Positions 15,856 to 24,719 of a stretch of 25,144 bases of DNA are shown here, piece after piece. This DNA comes from a virus (Duplodnaviria; Caudoviricetes): positions 1 through 25,144 of the IMG/VR virus record IMGVR_UViG_3300011335_000381, one strand, 5' to 3'. The position numbers and the translations under genes were made by a program. The notes beneath the pieces were generated by a model that saw only the letters and a list, made by a program, of their open reading frames with translations, ran no database searches and was not told the origin of the DNA. Numbering within the stretch: the first letter of the stretch is position 1; each line of letters opens with the position of its first letter.

Positions 15856-16121
15856 TGCTCCAGGCCAAGCCTCTCCTGCTCGGCAAGTTGACCGGCATGA
15901 TCTATGACTTCCCGGAGATCGGTGACGTGCTGCCCATGCACAGCCACACCGAAGCGGATGTCCACATTAGCGTGGCCGCGCGTGGTTCCTTCCGGGTTCA
16001 CGGAAAGGGCTGGCAGCGCGAAGTGAAAACTGGCGACGTGCTGGATTGGCGGCCGGATGAGCCCCATGAGTTTGTCGCAACCGAGGCGTCCTCACGCCTT
16101 GTCAACATCGTGAAGGGATAG
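15855..16121 (+). CDS. Cupin-domain protein
   Basis: Cupin motif 1 PMHSH....H....RG and motif 2 GDVLDWRPDEPHEF. TGATG coupling to the upstream gene. Confidence 0.8.
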   Translation: MLQAKPLLLGKLTGMIYDFPEIGDVLPMHSHTEADVHISVAARGSFRVHGKGWQREVKTGDVLDWRPDEPHEFVATEASSRLVNIVKG

Positions 16122-16124
16122 GTC

Positions 16125-16463
16125 ATGGCTGTCAGCGTAGTCGTCCTTATCCCGGCCAAGACCGCCGAGGCGACGCAGACGACCCAGTACACGGCGAACG
16201 GCGTGACGACGATCATCGACAAGTTCACGGCCACCAACTACACGTCAACCGCGGCAACGATTAGCATCAACCTCGTCACGGCGTCTGGCGCGCCCGGCAA
16301 CAACAACTTGATTGTCCGCACGAAGACGCTCCAGGCTGGCGAGACGTACACCTTCCCCGAAATTGTCGGGCAGGTGCTGTCGTCTGGCTCCTTCATTTCC
16401 ACTATCGCCGGCACGGCCGCTGCGCTTAACATCCGCGCCAGCGGGCGCGAGGTAACGCAGTGA
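16125..16463 (+). CDS. Hypothetical beta-rich virion protein
   Basis: 112 aa, Thr-rich, tiles the operon, GTGA overlap with the next gene. Confidence 0.75.
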   Translation: MAVSVVVLIPAKTAEATQTTQYTANGVTTIIDKFTATNYTSTAATISINLVTASGAPGNNNLIVRTKTLQAGETYTFPEIVGQVLSSGSFISTIAGTAAALNIRASGREVTQ

Positions 16464-16933
16464 CAATCACCGTTCGCAACGCTGAGTACGCGGATCTAGG
16501 CCGCTACACCGAACTGGCGACGCAGTTTATCGCTGCCTCGCCCATCAGTTCGGTCGTGCCGGTTAATGCTGACAGCGTGGCCAACTTTCTGATCGGCGCC
16601 GTGGAAAACCCGATGATCGGCGTCTGGCTTGCCGAGAAAGATGGCCAGATGATCGGCATTTGCGGCGCCATCAAGTACCCGCTCTACTTCAGCCCGCAGC
16701 ACACTATCGTCCAAGAGCTTTGGTGGTGGCTGACGCCCGAAGCCCGGGGTAGCGGCGCCGGCAAGGCGCTCTACAATACCCTGGAGGCATGGGCGCAGGA
16801 GAACGGCGCTGCTGCGCTTTTTATGATTGCGCTCGACGACGACCGCGTAGAGAAGACTAGTAAGTTTTACGCTCGCGCCGGCTTCAAGCCGATGGAGCGC
16901 ACCTTTGTTAAAGGAGCCGACACATGGCGATAG
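16460..16933 (+). CDS. GNAT-family acetyltransferase
   Basis: Motif A WWLTPEARGSGAGKAL, C-terminal FYARAGF and N-terminal TVRNA. GTG start. Confidence 0.88.
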   Translation: MTITVRNAEYADLGRYTELATQFIAASPISSVVPVNADSVANFLIGAVENPMIGVWLAEKDGQMIGICGAIKYPLYFSPQHTIVQELWWWLTPEARGSGAGKALYNTLEAWAQENGAAALFMIALDDDRVEKTSKFYARAGFKPMERTFVKGADTWR

Positions 16934-17763
16934 GGACCGGCACCGCCATCCTCGGCGCCAGCGCGCTTGGCGCCGGGGCCGGGCTCCTTGGTTCCAGCCG
17001 CGCCGCCAGCACGCAAGCCCGCGCTGCTCGCGACGCTGCCACCGCCCAGATTGAGGCCGCGCGGGAGGCCGCTGCCGCGCAGCGGGAGATGTTTGAGCGC
17101 CAGGTCGAACTCCAGGCGCCCTTCCGCCAAGCTGGCCTTACGGCCCAGAACCGACTGATGACCCTGCTTGGCTTGGAGGGCGGCGAGGCAGGCGCGCCTG
17201 ACTTTGGCCGCTACAGCCGCGACTTTGGCACGGCCGATTTCGAGGCCGACCCCGGCTACGGCTTCCGCATGAGCGAGGGCATGAAGGCGATTGAGCGGTC
17301 GGCGGCGGCTCGCGGCGGCCTGCTGTCCGGTTCCACGCTTAAGGGCGTGCAACGGTTCGGGCAGGATCTGGCGTCAAACGAGTATGGAAACGCCTACAAC
17401 CGTTTTTACCAGATGCGAAACGCGCAACTTAACCCGCTTCAGAGCCTCCTGGGTGTTGGCCAGACCGGCACGAACGTGCTGACAAACGCCGCTGGTGACG
17501 TTGGGCGCGGCGCGGCGGGGGCGTACACGGCGGCCGGCAACGCGCAGGCTACGGGCTATACTGGGGCCGGTCAGGCCCGCGCCTCGGGCTACGTCGGCGC
17601 GGCGAACGCCCTCACAAGCGCGCTACAATCGGGTGTGCCAAACTATCTGATGTATCGCTACATGAACCCGTCTACGGGTGGAGTTGGGGCGTTTGGTGGC
17701 ATGGGCGCGGGCGACATTAGCCAGATGCTAACGTCGCAAATGAACACTGGCGGTACGGTGTAA
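16924..17763 (+). CDS. DNA ejection protein, P22 gp7-like
   Basis: Gly/Ala-rich hydrophobic N-terminus, DPGYGFRMSEG...SAAARGGLLSG motif, first gene after the GNAT. Confidence 0.8.
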   Translation: MAIGTGTAILGASALGAGAGLLGSSRAASTQARAARDAATAQIEAAREAAAAQREMFERQVELQAPFRQAGLTAQNRLMTLLGLEGGEAGAPDFGRYSRDFGTADFEADPGYGFRMSEGMKAIERSAAARGGLLSGSTLKGVQRFGQDLASNEYGNAYNRFYQMRNAQLNPLQSLLGVGQTGTNVLTNAAGDVGRGAAGAYTAAGNAQATGYTGAGQARASGYVGAANALTSALQSGVPNYLMYRYMNPSTGGVGAFGGMGAGDISQMLTSQMNTGGTV

Positions 17764-17775
17764 GGGGCCACGCAC

Positions 17776-19839
17776 ATGGTTGACAACACCATCGCCTTGC
17801 AGGTCCGGCCGTTCCAGATGCCCGACGTCGGGCAGATCTACGGCAACGTCCAGAACATCCAGATGAACCGGATGCGGATGGCCGAGGCGCAGGAGACGGC
17901 GCAGGAGCGCAACGCGCTTCGCGGTCTGCTGTCGTCGGGCGTCGATCCCTATTCGCCCGAAGGGCTGGCGCAGGTCCGTCGCGCGGCGCCGATGCTGGCC
18001 CCGCAGTTCGCGCAGGCCGCGTCTCAGCAGGCGTACCAGCGGGCGCAGATCGACCGTATCCGGTCGCAGAACGACCGCGAGGCCTTTCAGACGGCGCAGA
18101 CCCTGTTGGTGGGTGTCCGTAACGCCGATGACTACGCAAGGCTGCGCCCAACGCTTGTTGAACGGTTCCCGCAGTACGCGGAGTTCTTCCGCCCGGAGTA
18201 TAGCCCGGAGTTGATCCAGCGCCTTGCTTTGGGAGCCGAAGGCCTTATCCGCAGCACGTCTGAAGAAGCTGCCGCAAACCGCCCAGACATCACAATGGTT
18301 GATGGCGCACCGTTTGTGCGTACACGCGAAGGCAGCAACATCCGCCTGCGGCCTGTCCTTGAGGGCGAACCGCCGGTTACTGCACCCGCGACACCTCCGG
18401 TCACAGCGCCCGCAGCGCCCGCAGCGCCTCCGACGGCCGCTGCTGCCCCTGCGGCGGCGCCTCGTATGCCGACCTCGCGGTCCACGGACCCACTTGCCAT
18501 CGACTCGTCCATCCGCCGCGCCGAGGGCACCGGACAGAACCCGCGCTCGTCGGCGCAAGGGCCGTATCAGTTTGTAGACCGCACCTTTGTGGAGCAGTTC
18601 CGCCGCGCGTTCCCAGACGCGGCGCAGGGGCGTTCGGACGCGGACGTGCTGCGGTTCCGGGGCGCGCGCCTTGCTGACGGGCGCCAGGTTGAGGACGTGC
18701 TTGGCCCGGCGTTTACCCAGCAGAACGTGCAGGCTCTGGGCCGCGCAAATATTGAACCGAACGGCACCAACGTCTATCTCGCGCATCACTTTGGTGCTGA
18801 CGGCGCCGTTCGGATGTTGAACGCGGACCGAGGCACACCGATTGACCGTTTGGTGTCGCGGCAGGTCATGGAGGCTAACCCGTTCCTTCGCGGGCTGACC
18901 GTCAACCAAGTCTTGTCGTGGGCCGGAAATGCCGTGGACTACGGCCCCGGCGAGGCGCGCCGCCTGCTGGACGCTTCTCGGGCGCCTGCGCGTGAACCCG
19001 GCGAGGCGCCGACCGCCGCTGCCCCTGCTGCGGCTCCCGCTCCCGCTCCCGCTCCCGCTCCCGCTCCCGCTTCCGCTGCCGCTGCCGTTCCCGCAGCGCG
19101 AACGAACGCGATGGTCACGCCAGCCGCAGCCCCCGCACCGGCAAACGCCTTCGTCGCCGCCTCGGCTACGGCGCCGGGCGCGCCAACGCCAATGTTCCCG
19201 CAGAACATCGCCCAAGCCCGCGAGCAAAAATTTGAACGAGAAGAAGAAGCGGCCTTCCGTCGTGAACGTGGTCAGTTGCGCGCGCGGTCGGCCGCCGACG
19301 CTCGCAACGACCTGACAACGACGACCGAGGCGCTGAACATCATTAATGCGGTTACGGCGCCGCGGCCGGACATTGGCGGTGGCAGTCTTTTGCAAACGGC
19401 CACGGGTAGCTTTTTTGGTGCTGGCCGAGATCTGGCGACCCGCGCTACGGGTATTGGTGAAACGTATAACAACATCGCCGCCAGCGAATTGGAAACCCTA
19501 CAGGCTTCGCTGGTGTCCTTGCTGCCGCGTATGCGGGGCGACCTTAACAAAGCCGAGTTTGACTCGCTGCAAGCGCAGGCCGCCAAGATTGGCGACCGCA
19601 CACAGACGTATGAAAGCAGGCTTGCCGCTGTCAACACGCTCCGTGATCGACTGGTCCGCGTGCAGCAGCGCCTTGCCCGCGAGACGGGTACGGAACTGCC
19701 GCCGACGCTGGAAACGCTTCGGCCGGGGCCGGCGCCCGCCCGTCCGCGGCCCAACCCGCGCGGAGAGCCGGGCGCACCGAGCGAAACCCCTGGCGAAATC
19801 CGCCTGCCGTCCGGCATTATCATCCGGCCGATCCAGTAG
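17776..19839 (+). CDS. Internal virion / ejection protein with lysozyme-like (lytic transglycosylase-type) domain
   Basis: IRRAEG...NPRSSAQGPYQFVDRTF...VYLAHHFGADGA matches lysozyme-like fold motifs. The domain is flanked by Pro/Ala linkers. Confidence 0.78.
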   Translation: MVDNTIALQVRPFQMPDVGQIYGNVQNIQMNRMRMAEAQETAQERNALRGLLSSGVDPYSPEGLAQVRRAAPMLAPQFAQAASQQAYQRAQIDRIRSQNDREAFQTAQTLLVGVRNADDYARLRPTLVERFPQYAEFFRPEYSPELIQRLALGAEGLIRSTSEEAAANRPDITMVDGAPFVRTREGSNIRLRPVLEGEPPVTAPATPPVTAPAAPAAPPTAAAAPAAAPRMPTSRSTDPLAIDSSIRRAEGTGQNPRSSAQGPYQFVDRTFVEQFRRAFPDAAQGRSDADVLRFRGARLADGRQVEDVLGPAFTQQNVQALGRANIEPNGTNVYLAHHFGADGAVRMLNADRGTPIDRLVSRQVMEANPFLRGLTVNQVLSWAGNAVDYGPGEARRLLDASRAPAREPGEAPTAAAPAAAPAPAPAPAPAPASAAAAVPAARTNAMVTPAAAPAPANAFVAASATAPGAPTPMFPQNIAQAREQKFEREEEAAFRRERGQLRARSAADARNDLTTTTEALNIINAVTAPRPDIGGGSLLQTATGSFFGAGRDLATRATGIGETYNNIAASELETLQASLVSLLPRMRGDLNKAEFDSLQAQAAKIGDRTQTYESRLAAVNTLRDRLVRVQQRLARETGTELPPTLETLRPGPAPARPRPNPRGEPGAPSETPGEIRLPSGIIIRPIQ
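19033..19068 (+). repeat. (GCTCCC)6 in-frame microsatellite encoding Ala-Pro linker
   Basis: Six exact copies read directly from the sequence. Confidence 0.95.
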
Positions 19840-19848
19840 GGGCGCGCC

Positions 19849-21921
19849 ATGCGATACGAAGTTTCTACCCCGGACGGCCGCCGATTTGAGATCACCGCCC
19901 CTGACGGTATCGCGCCAGACGTGCTGTCGCGTGAAGTCGAGACGGCGTTGGGTGGTGGCGGCCGTCAGCCAGCCTCTGAAGGTATGCCGGAACCGCGCCG
20001 CTCATGGTCGGAAGTGCCGGGCGCCGCAATGCGAAACCTGCCGGCCAGCGCCCAGCAGTTCTACGGCGGCGTTCTTGAGGCCGTCACCAACCCCGTTCAG
20101 ACGGTGCAAGGCCTAGCGGATTTGGCGGCGGGTGGTTTGCGGGCTGGTGCCCGCCGTGTACTGCCGGCAGGCGTGTTTGAGGCTATCGACCGGCTCGACA
20201 ACCCTGAGACGACACGGCGCATCAGCGAGGTTGCCAGCGCCGTCGGCGGTGAATACGCCCGCAACTATGGGTCGGAGGAAGGTTTTCGCAACAAGATTGC
20301 GGAAGATCCGATCGGCGTTCTCGCGGACATATCCATGTTGTTTGGTGGCGGGGCTGTGGCGGCTGGGCGTGCTGGTGCCACTCGCACCGCAGGTGCGCTA
20401 CGCACCGCAGAGGCCGCCACCAATCCGCTGACGCCGATTATCGCACCGATTGCGCTGGCTGGGCGGGGCGCGGCTGCGGCCGTTGATCGCAGCTACCGCG
20501 CGACGGACCCCGAAGCGGCGGCGTACCTGTCGGCGGCGGCTGGGCGCGGCCCTGAGATCGTTGAGGCGCTTCGCAGCCCGCAGGCTGAGATCGTGCCTGG
20601 TTCTCGCCCTCTGCCGTCGCAAATCGTCGCGCCGACGGGTGCGGCTGAGTTTACGGCGTTCGCCCAGTCGGCCGAGCGCGTCCTCCCGTCCGAAGTGGCC
20701 GCTCGCGCTGCCGAGCAGTCCCGCGGCCGCCTGTCGGCCATGCGCGAGGTCAGCGGCGCCCCGGCGCAAGAGTCGCGCGCTCGCCTTGCGGCGGCGCCTG
20801 ACGTGACGGCGACCGGCACGATGCCCGCCCGCGGCGGCTCGCTGGAGGCTGCGCGGGAGGCTCGCGCGGCCCAGACAGGGCCGATGTTCACCCGCGCCGA
20901 GCGCGACATCATCCCGGCCGACGCGACTATTGAGACGCTGATGGCGCGGCCGTCCATGCGGGGCGCCATTGAGCGAGCCGCGCGGATCGCCGCCGAGGAG
21001 AACCGCCCGTTCTCGCTACGCCCTCCCGAACCGCCCGCGCCGCCGACCGCATCGGGGCTGCTTGGCCCAGACGGCCGCCCTGTTCCGGCGCCCGCAGCGG
21101 CGCCCGAACCTCCGGCCAACTACAGCGTTCGCGATCTTCAATACGTCAAGCGCGGTCTTGATGAACTGATCGCGGACCCTGCGTCTGGTTTGGGTAGGGC
21201 CGAGCGCGCCGCTATTGCCAGCACCCGTCAGCAGCTTCTTAGCTGGATTGACAGCCAGTCTCCGGCGTACCGGGCGGCGCGCGAAGCGTTCCAAACCGCC
21301 AGCGGCCCTGTCAACCAAGCGGAGGTTGGCCGGTTCCTTGAGAGCCGCCTGACGCAGCCGCTGACGGGAGAAGCGACGCGAGCCGGCATGTTCGCTGGCG
21401 CCATTCGTGAGGCGCCCGCCACCATCAAGCGCGCCACGGGGCAGACGCGGTTCTCGTACCTGTCCGACGTCCTTACGCCGGAGCAGATTAGGACGGTCGA
21501 TAGCATCCGCCGCGATCTGGCCCGAGAGGAGCAAGCGAACGCGCTCGCCCGCCGCGCGCGGACGAACATACCGAACATTGAAGCCGTTATGTCGGAAGCG
21601 TCGGGGTCGGCTAGGCTCAACTTTCTGAACCGCGTCGCCACGGTCACCAACATGGTCTTGGATAAGTTCGAGGGCCGGTTGAACCGCGACTTGGCCATGC
21701 GGATCGCCACGGACCTTATGGACCCGCAGACGACGGCGAACGCGCTGGAGCGCGCCCTTCGCCGCGAAGCCAATCAAGCCGCTACCGTAGCTGCGACGCG
21801 GCGCCCCTTTGAAGCCACCGCCGAGGCGCTTCGGAACCCGGCTCTCCGGGCCGTCCCGCAGGTAATGAACGCCATGGCGCCGGATGAGAACGCCTACAAC
21901 TACAACGCCATGTCTCGCTAA
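19849..21921 (+). CDS. Large internal virion / ejection protein (position of P22 gp16)
   Basis: 690 aa, Ala/Arg-rich and helical with a Gly/Ala hydrophobic stretch. Third gene of the ejection cluster. Assigned by synteny. Confidence 0.72.
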   Translation: MRYEVSTPDGRRFEITAPDGIAPDVLSREVETALGGGGRQPASEGMPEPRRSWSEVPGAAMRNLPASAQQFYGGVLEAVTNPVQTVQGLADLAAGGLRAGARRVLPAGVFEAIDRLDNPETTRRISEVASAVGGEYARNYGSEEGFRNKIAEDPIGVLADISMLFGGGAVAAGRAGATRTAGALRTAEAATNPLTPIIAPIALAGRGAAAAVDRSYRATDPEAAAYLSAAAGRGPEIVEALRSPQAEIVPGSRPLPSQIVAPTGAAEFTAFAQSAERVLPSEVAARAAEQSRGRLSAMREVSGAPAQESRARLAAAPDVTATGTMPARGGSLEAAREARAAQTGPMFTRAERDIIPADATIETLMARPSMRGAIERAARIAAEENRPFSLRPPEPPAPPTASGLLGPDGRPVPAPAAAPEPPANYSVRDLQYVKRGLDELIADPASGLGRAERAAIASTRQQLLSWIDSQSPAYRAAREAFQTASGPVNQAEVGRFLESRLTQPLTGEATRAGMFAGAIREAPATIKRATGQTRFSYLSDVLTPEQIRTVDSIRRDLAREEQANALARRARTNIPNIEAVMSEASGSARLNFLNRVATVTNMVLDKFEGRLNRDLAMRIATDLMDPQTTANALERALRREANQAATVAATRRPFEATAEALRNPALRAVPQVMNAMAPDENAYNYNAMSR

Positions 21922-21932
21922 GGTTGGCGCCT

Positions 21933-22163
21933 ATGACGCAGGATCTGGTCAACATCGTCGTCGGCGTGGCAGGCACGGCGATGGGGTGGATGCTCAAGGT
22001 GGTCTGGGACTCGATCCGGCTGTTGCAGGACGAGATGAAAAGCCTGGAGCGGGTCATCCACACGAAGTACGTCAGCAAGGACGACTACAAGGACGACATC
22101 CGCGACGTGAAGGAAATGCTCAACGCCATCTTCAAGCGGCTTGAGCAGAAGGCAGACAAGTAG
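21933..22163 (+). CDS. Small membrane protein (1 TM plus coiled coil), holin/antiholin-like
   Basis: LVNIVVGVAGTAMGWMLKVVW hydrophobic segment followed by a charged coiled coil. Starts the lysis cluster. Confidence 0.7.
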   Translation: MTQDLVNIVVGVAGTAMGWMLKVVWDSIRLLQDEMKSLERVIHTKYVSKDDYKDDIRDVKEMLNAIFKRLEQKADK

Positions 22164-22172
22164 GAGGACACC

Positions 22173-22340
22173 ATGCCCAAGGAAGTCTGGCTCGGCTTCG
22201 CCCGCCACATTCTGACCTTCGTCGGCGGCCTGCTGGTCGCCCGCGGGACGCTGGACGCCGCGACGGCCGAGGCCGTGGTGGGTGCCGCCATCACCCTCGG
22301 TGGCGCCGCGTGGTCGGCCGCCGATAAGAAGAAGCGATGA
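22173..22340 (+). CDS. Putative holin (55 aa, two TM segments)
   Basis: MPKEVWLGFARHILTFVGGLLVARGTLDAATAEAVVGAAITLGGAAWSAADKKKR. AGGAGG RBS, basic C-terminus, ATGA overlap with the endolysin. Confidence 0.78.
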   Translation: MPKEVWLGFARHILTFVGGLLVARGTLDAATAEAVVGAAITLGGAAWSAADKKKR

Positions 22341-22948
22341 TCTCTGCGCGACTGCTGATGGGTCTGAACTGGACGGACCCGTCTGGCTGGGCCGATGTGC
22401 TGGCTGGCCCCTGCCGCCGCTACGAGATCAACACGTCGAAGCGCGTGGCGATGTTCCTGGCCAACACGGGCCATGAGACGGCCGGCGGGCGTCGGCTCCG
22501 TGAAAGCCTCAACTACCGCCCCGAGGCCCTGGTGAAGCAGTGGCCGAAGTACTTCACGCCAGAGTACGCCGCCGAGGTGGGCCGCACCGACAAGCAGGCC
22601 GCTGACCAGAAGGCCATTGCCGAGGCCGCCTACGGCGGGCGCATGGGGAACAAGAACCCCGGCGACGGGTGGCGCTTTATCGGCCGCGGTCTGATGCAGA
22701 CCACCGGCCGGTTCAACTACGAGCGCCTAGCTGAGATCGTGAACATGCCGCTCGACACCCTGCCGGAGTGGATTGAGACGCGGGAGGGCGCGGCCGAGAG
22801 CGCCGCCGTCTTCTGGCACGCCAACAACTGCAACGACCTGGCTGACACCGGGGCCGTGGACCGCTGCCGTCAGCGCATCAACGGCGGGCTGATCGGCATC
22901 CAGGACGTGCGGGAGCGGTACACTACTGCGCTGGGGCTTCTGACGTAG
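22337..22948 (+). CDS. Endolysin, glycoside hydrolase family 19
   Basis: AMFLANTGHETAG, ESLNY, GDGWRFIGRGLMQTTGRFNY and INGG motifs. Confidence 0.92.
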   Translation: MISARLLMGLNWTDPSGWADVLAGPCRRYEINTSKRVAMFLANTGHETAGGRRLRESLNYRPEALVKQWPKYFTPEYAAEVGRTDKQAADQKAIAEAAYGGRMGNKNPGDGWRFIGRGLMQTTGRFNYERLAEIVNMPLDTLPEWIETREGAAESAAVFWHANNCNDLADTGAVDRCRQRINGGLIGIQDVRERYTTALGLLT

Positions 22949-23120
22949 CCACACTCAGGATTTCGCGCCGCTCGCGCAGGCTACGCAGGACGGTGAACCG
23001 CTGGTGCATACGGATCAGAAGGGTGGGGCGGCGCTCACCCTTCATTTCCGTGCGGATCATCTGCTCCAGTTCGTCCTCGCGCAAGCTACCAAGCCGGGCG
23101 TTCAGTTCCCGCCAATTCAT
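22923..23120 (-). CDS. Hypothetical protein (65 aa)
   Basis: ATGA-coupled to the helicase stop. Its 3' end overlaps the endolysin 3' end by 26 bp. Confidence 0.7.
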   Translation of the reverse strand: MNWRELNARLGSLREDELEQMIRTEMKGERRPTLLIRMHQRFTVLRSLRERREILSVATSEAPAQ

Positions 23121-24463
23121 GTCGTCGTTCCCTTGAGTTCGTCGAGCGCGATGTCCGAGACGGCGCGCTTGTCATAAAGCGCAGCCCAGATCCGCTCGTC
23201 AATGGTCTTGTTACATAGTAACACATAGACCCAGACCGGCTTGGTCTGGCCGCCGCGGTGCAGGCGCCCGACCGTCTGTTCAAACAGTTCCAGCGACCAG
23301 GGCAGCGACAAGAACACCATCTTGTTGCCGCCGTGCTGGAGGTTCAGCCCGTGCCCCGCCGATTTCGGGTGGACCAGCAACAGTTCGATCTTGCCGGCGT
23401 TCCATCGGTTGATGGCGTCGTAGTCGTCCAGCGTCGCCGCGTTGGGGTAGCGGCGCTTCAGTTCCGCCAGTTCTTCCTTGTAGGCGTAGGCGACGATGGT
23501 GTTGTCCCGCTGGTTCTCGGACAGGATCTCGTCCAGCAGGTCGAACTTGTGCGGCGAGAACCAGACGGCCTTCTGCTGTAATGCAAACTTACCCGCCGTT
23601 TCTTGCGCTACGGTCTGGTTATTGTAAGCGAAGCCGCTGGCCATCTGTTGCAGCTTGCCGGTGACCGCCGCCGCCGACAGCGCCGTGATCTGCTCACCCT
23701 TCAACTCGACCAGGAAGTCCTTCTTCATCTTCTCGTAGGGTGCCCGGTCAGCCAAGTCGCAGCGCATCTCAACCGTGTGCAGCGGCGGCAGCTTGTCCTT
23801 GTACTCGCCCGGCTCCAGCACGAAGGTGGCGGGGCGGATGGCGTCCATGACCGCGCCCAGCGCGCCCTTGCGCGGCATCCACGCGCCGTACTCGCGGTTG
23901 AGGCAGACGAAGTACTTCTGGAGGAAGGCGCCCTTCGACCGGCCTAGCAGCTTCTGGTCCACGACCTTACACTGGCCGAAGACGTCCTCCAGGCCATTTG
24001 ACGTGAACGACCCGGTGAGGCCCCAGCGGACGCGGAAGCGTTCGATCTTCGCCTCCAGCGCCTTGAACCGCTTGCCCGACGGGTTCTTCAGCCGGGTCAG
24101 TTCGTCGAAGACAACGCCGTCGAAGCCGTCGAGGTCCGTCAGGGCCTGGAGGTTGTCGTAGTTCGTGACCACGACCGCGGCGTCGGAGGCGAACGCCGCC
24201 TCGCGCTGGCGGGGCGTGCCGACCGCGACCGCGATGGTGAGCCCCGGCGCCCACTTCGGCCCCTCAACCGGCCAGACGTCCGTGCAGACGCGCTTCGGCG
24301 CCAGCACCAGCCAGCGCCGGACGTGGCCGTCGGCCACCATCGCCGCCATCGCCGTCAGCGTGATCGCGGTCTTGCCCGCCCCCACGGGCGCCAGGATCAT
24401 CCCCCGGTCGCGCTCGTAGAGGAAGTCGGCCGCCTCATCCTGGTAGGGTCGCAACCCAGGCAT
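23117..24463 (-). CDS. SNF2-like superfamily 2 helicase
   Basis: LRPYQ, Walker A APVGAGKT, Walker B VVFDELT, LTGS, GHGLNLQ and QTVGRLHRGGQ. Start set at ATG 24463 (MPGLRPYQ). Confidence 0.92.
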   Translation of the reverse strand: MPGLRPYQDEAADFLYERDRGMILAPVGAGKTAITLTAMAAMVADGHVRRWLVLAPKRVCTDVWPVEGPKWAPGLTIAVAVGTPRQREAAFASDAAVVVTNYDNLQALTDLDGFDGVVFDELTRLKNPSGKRFKALEAKIERFRVRWGLTGSFTSNGLEDVFGQCKVVDQKLLGRSKGAFLQKYFVCLNREYGAWMPRKGALGAVMDAIRPATFVLEPGEYKDKLPPLHTVEMRCDLADRAPYEKMKKDFLVELKGEQITALSAAAVTGKLQQMASGFAYNNQTVAQETAGKFALQQKAVWFSPHKFDLLDEILSENQRDNTIVAYAYKEELAELKRRYPNAATLDDYDAINRWNAGKIELLLVHPKSAGHGLNLQHGGNKMVFLSLPWSLELFEQTVGRLHRGGQTKPVWVYVLLCNKTIDERIWAALYDKRAVSDIALDELKGTTT

Positions 24464-24713
24464 CCACCTGCTCCTTAGTCCAGAGGCAGGCGTACCGCTG
24501 CCCGAGGCGTTCCATGTCCTGCGCGAACAGCCGCTGGAGCGGCGCCAGCCGGCCACCCTTCGTCTTCAACTCGACGAACCAGGTCTGGCCGCCCGGCAGG
24601 CAGACCACCCGATCCGCCACGCCGCGGTGGTTCACCGACTTGAACTTGTAGGCCACGCCGCCCAGCCGGTTGACGTGCCAGACAAGGTGCCGTTCGATCT
24701 CGCTCTCGCGCAT
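24435..24713 (-). CDS. VRR-NUC domain nuclease
   Basis: MRESEIE...GVADRVVCLPGG..WFVELK.KGGRL..LQ PD-(D/E)XK signature, adjacent to the SNF2 helicase. Confidence 0.9.
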   Translation of the reverse strand: MRESEIERHLVWHVNRLGGVAYKFKSVNHRGVADRVVCLPGGQTWFVELKTKGGRLAPLQRLFAQDMERLGQRYACLWTKEQVDAWVATLPG

Positions 24714-24719
24714 GACTTT

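Noticed and set aside
1533-22948. TAG stop-codon reassignment, since many genes end in TAG
   Set aside because: TAG codons fall at natural protein ends followed by new starts, and core genes are full length under the standard code.
24463-24556. Longer track start for the helicase (also the longer starts at 1007, 3041, 6952, 11410, 11630, 21924)
   Set aside because: The extensions run deep into upstream genes or regulatory DNA. Downstream ATGs give better RBS or coupling and match expected N-termini.
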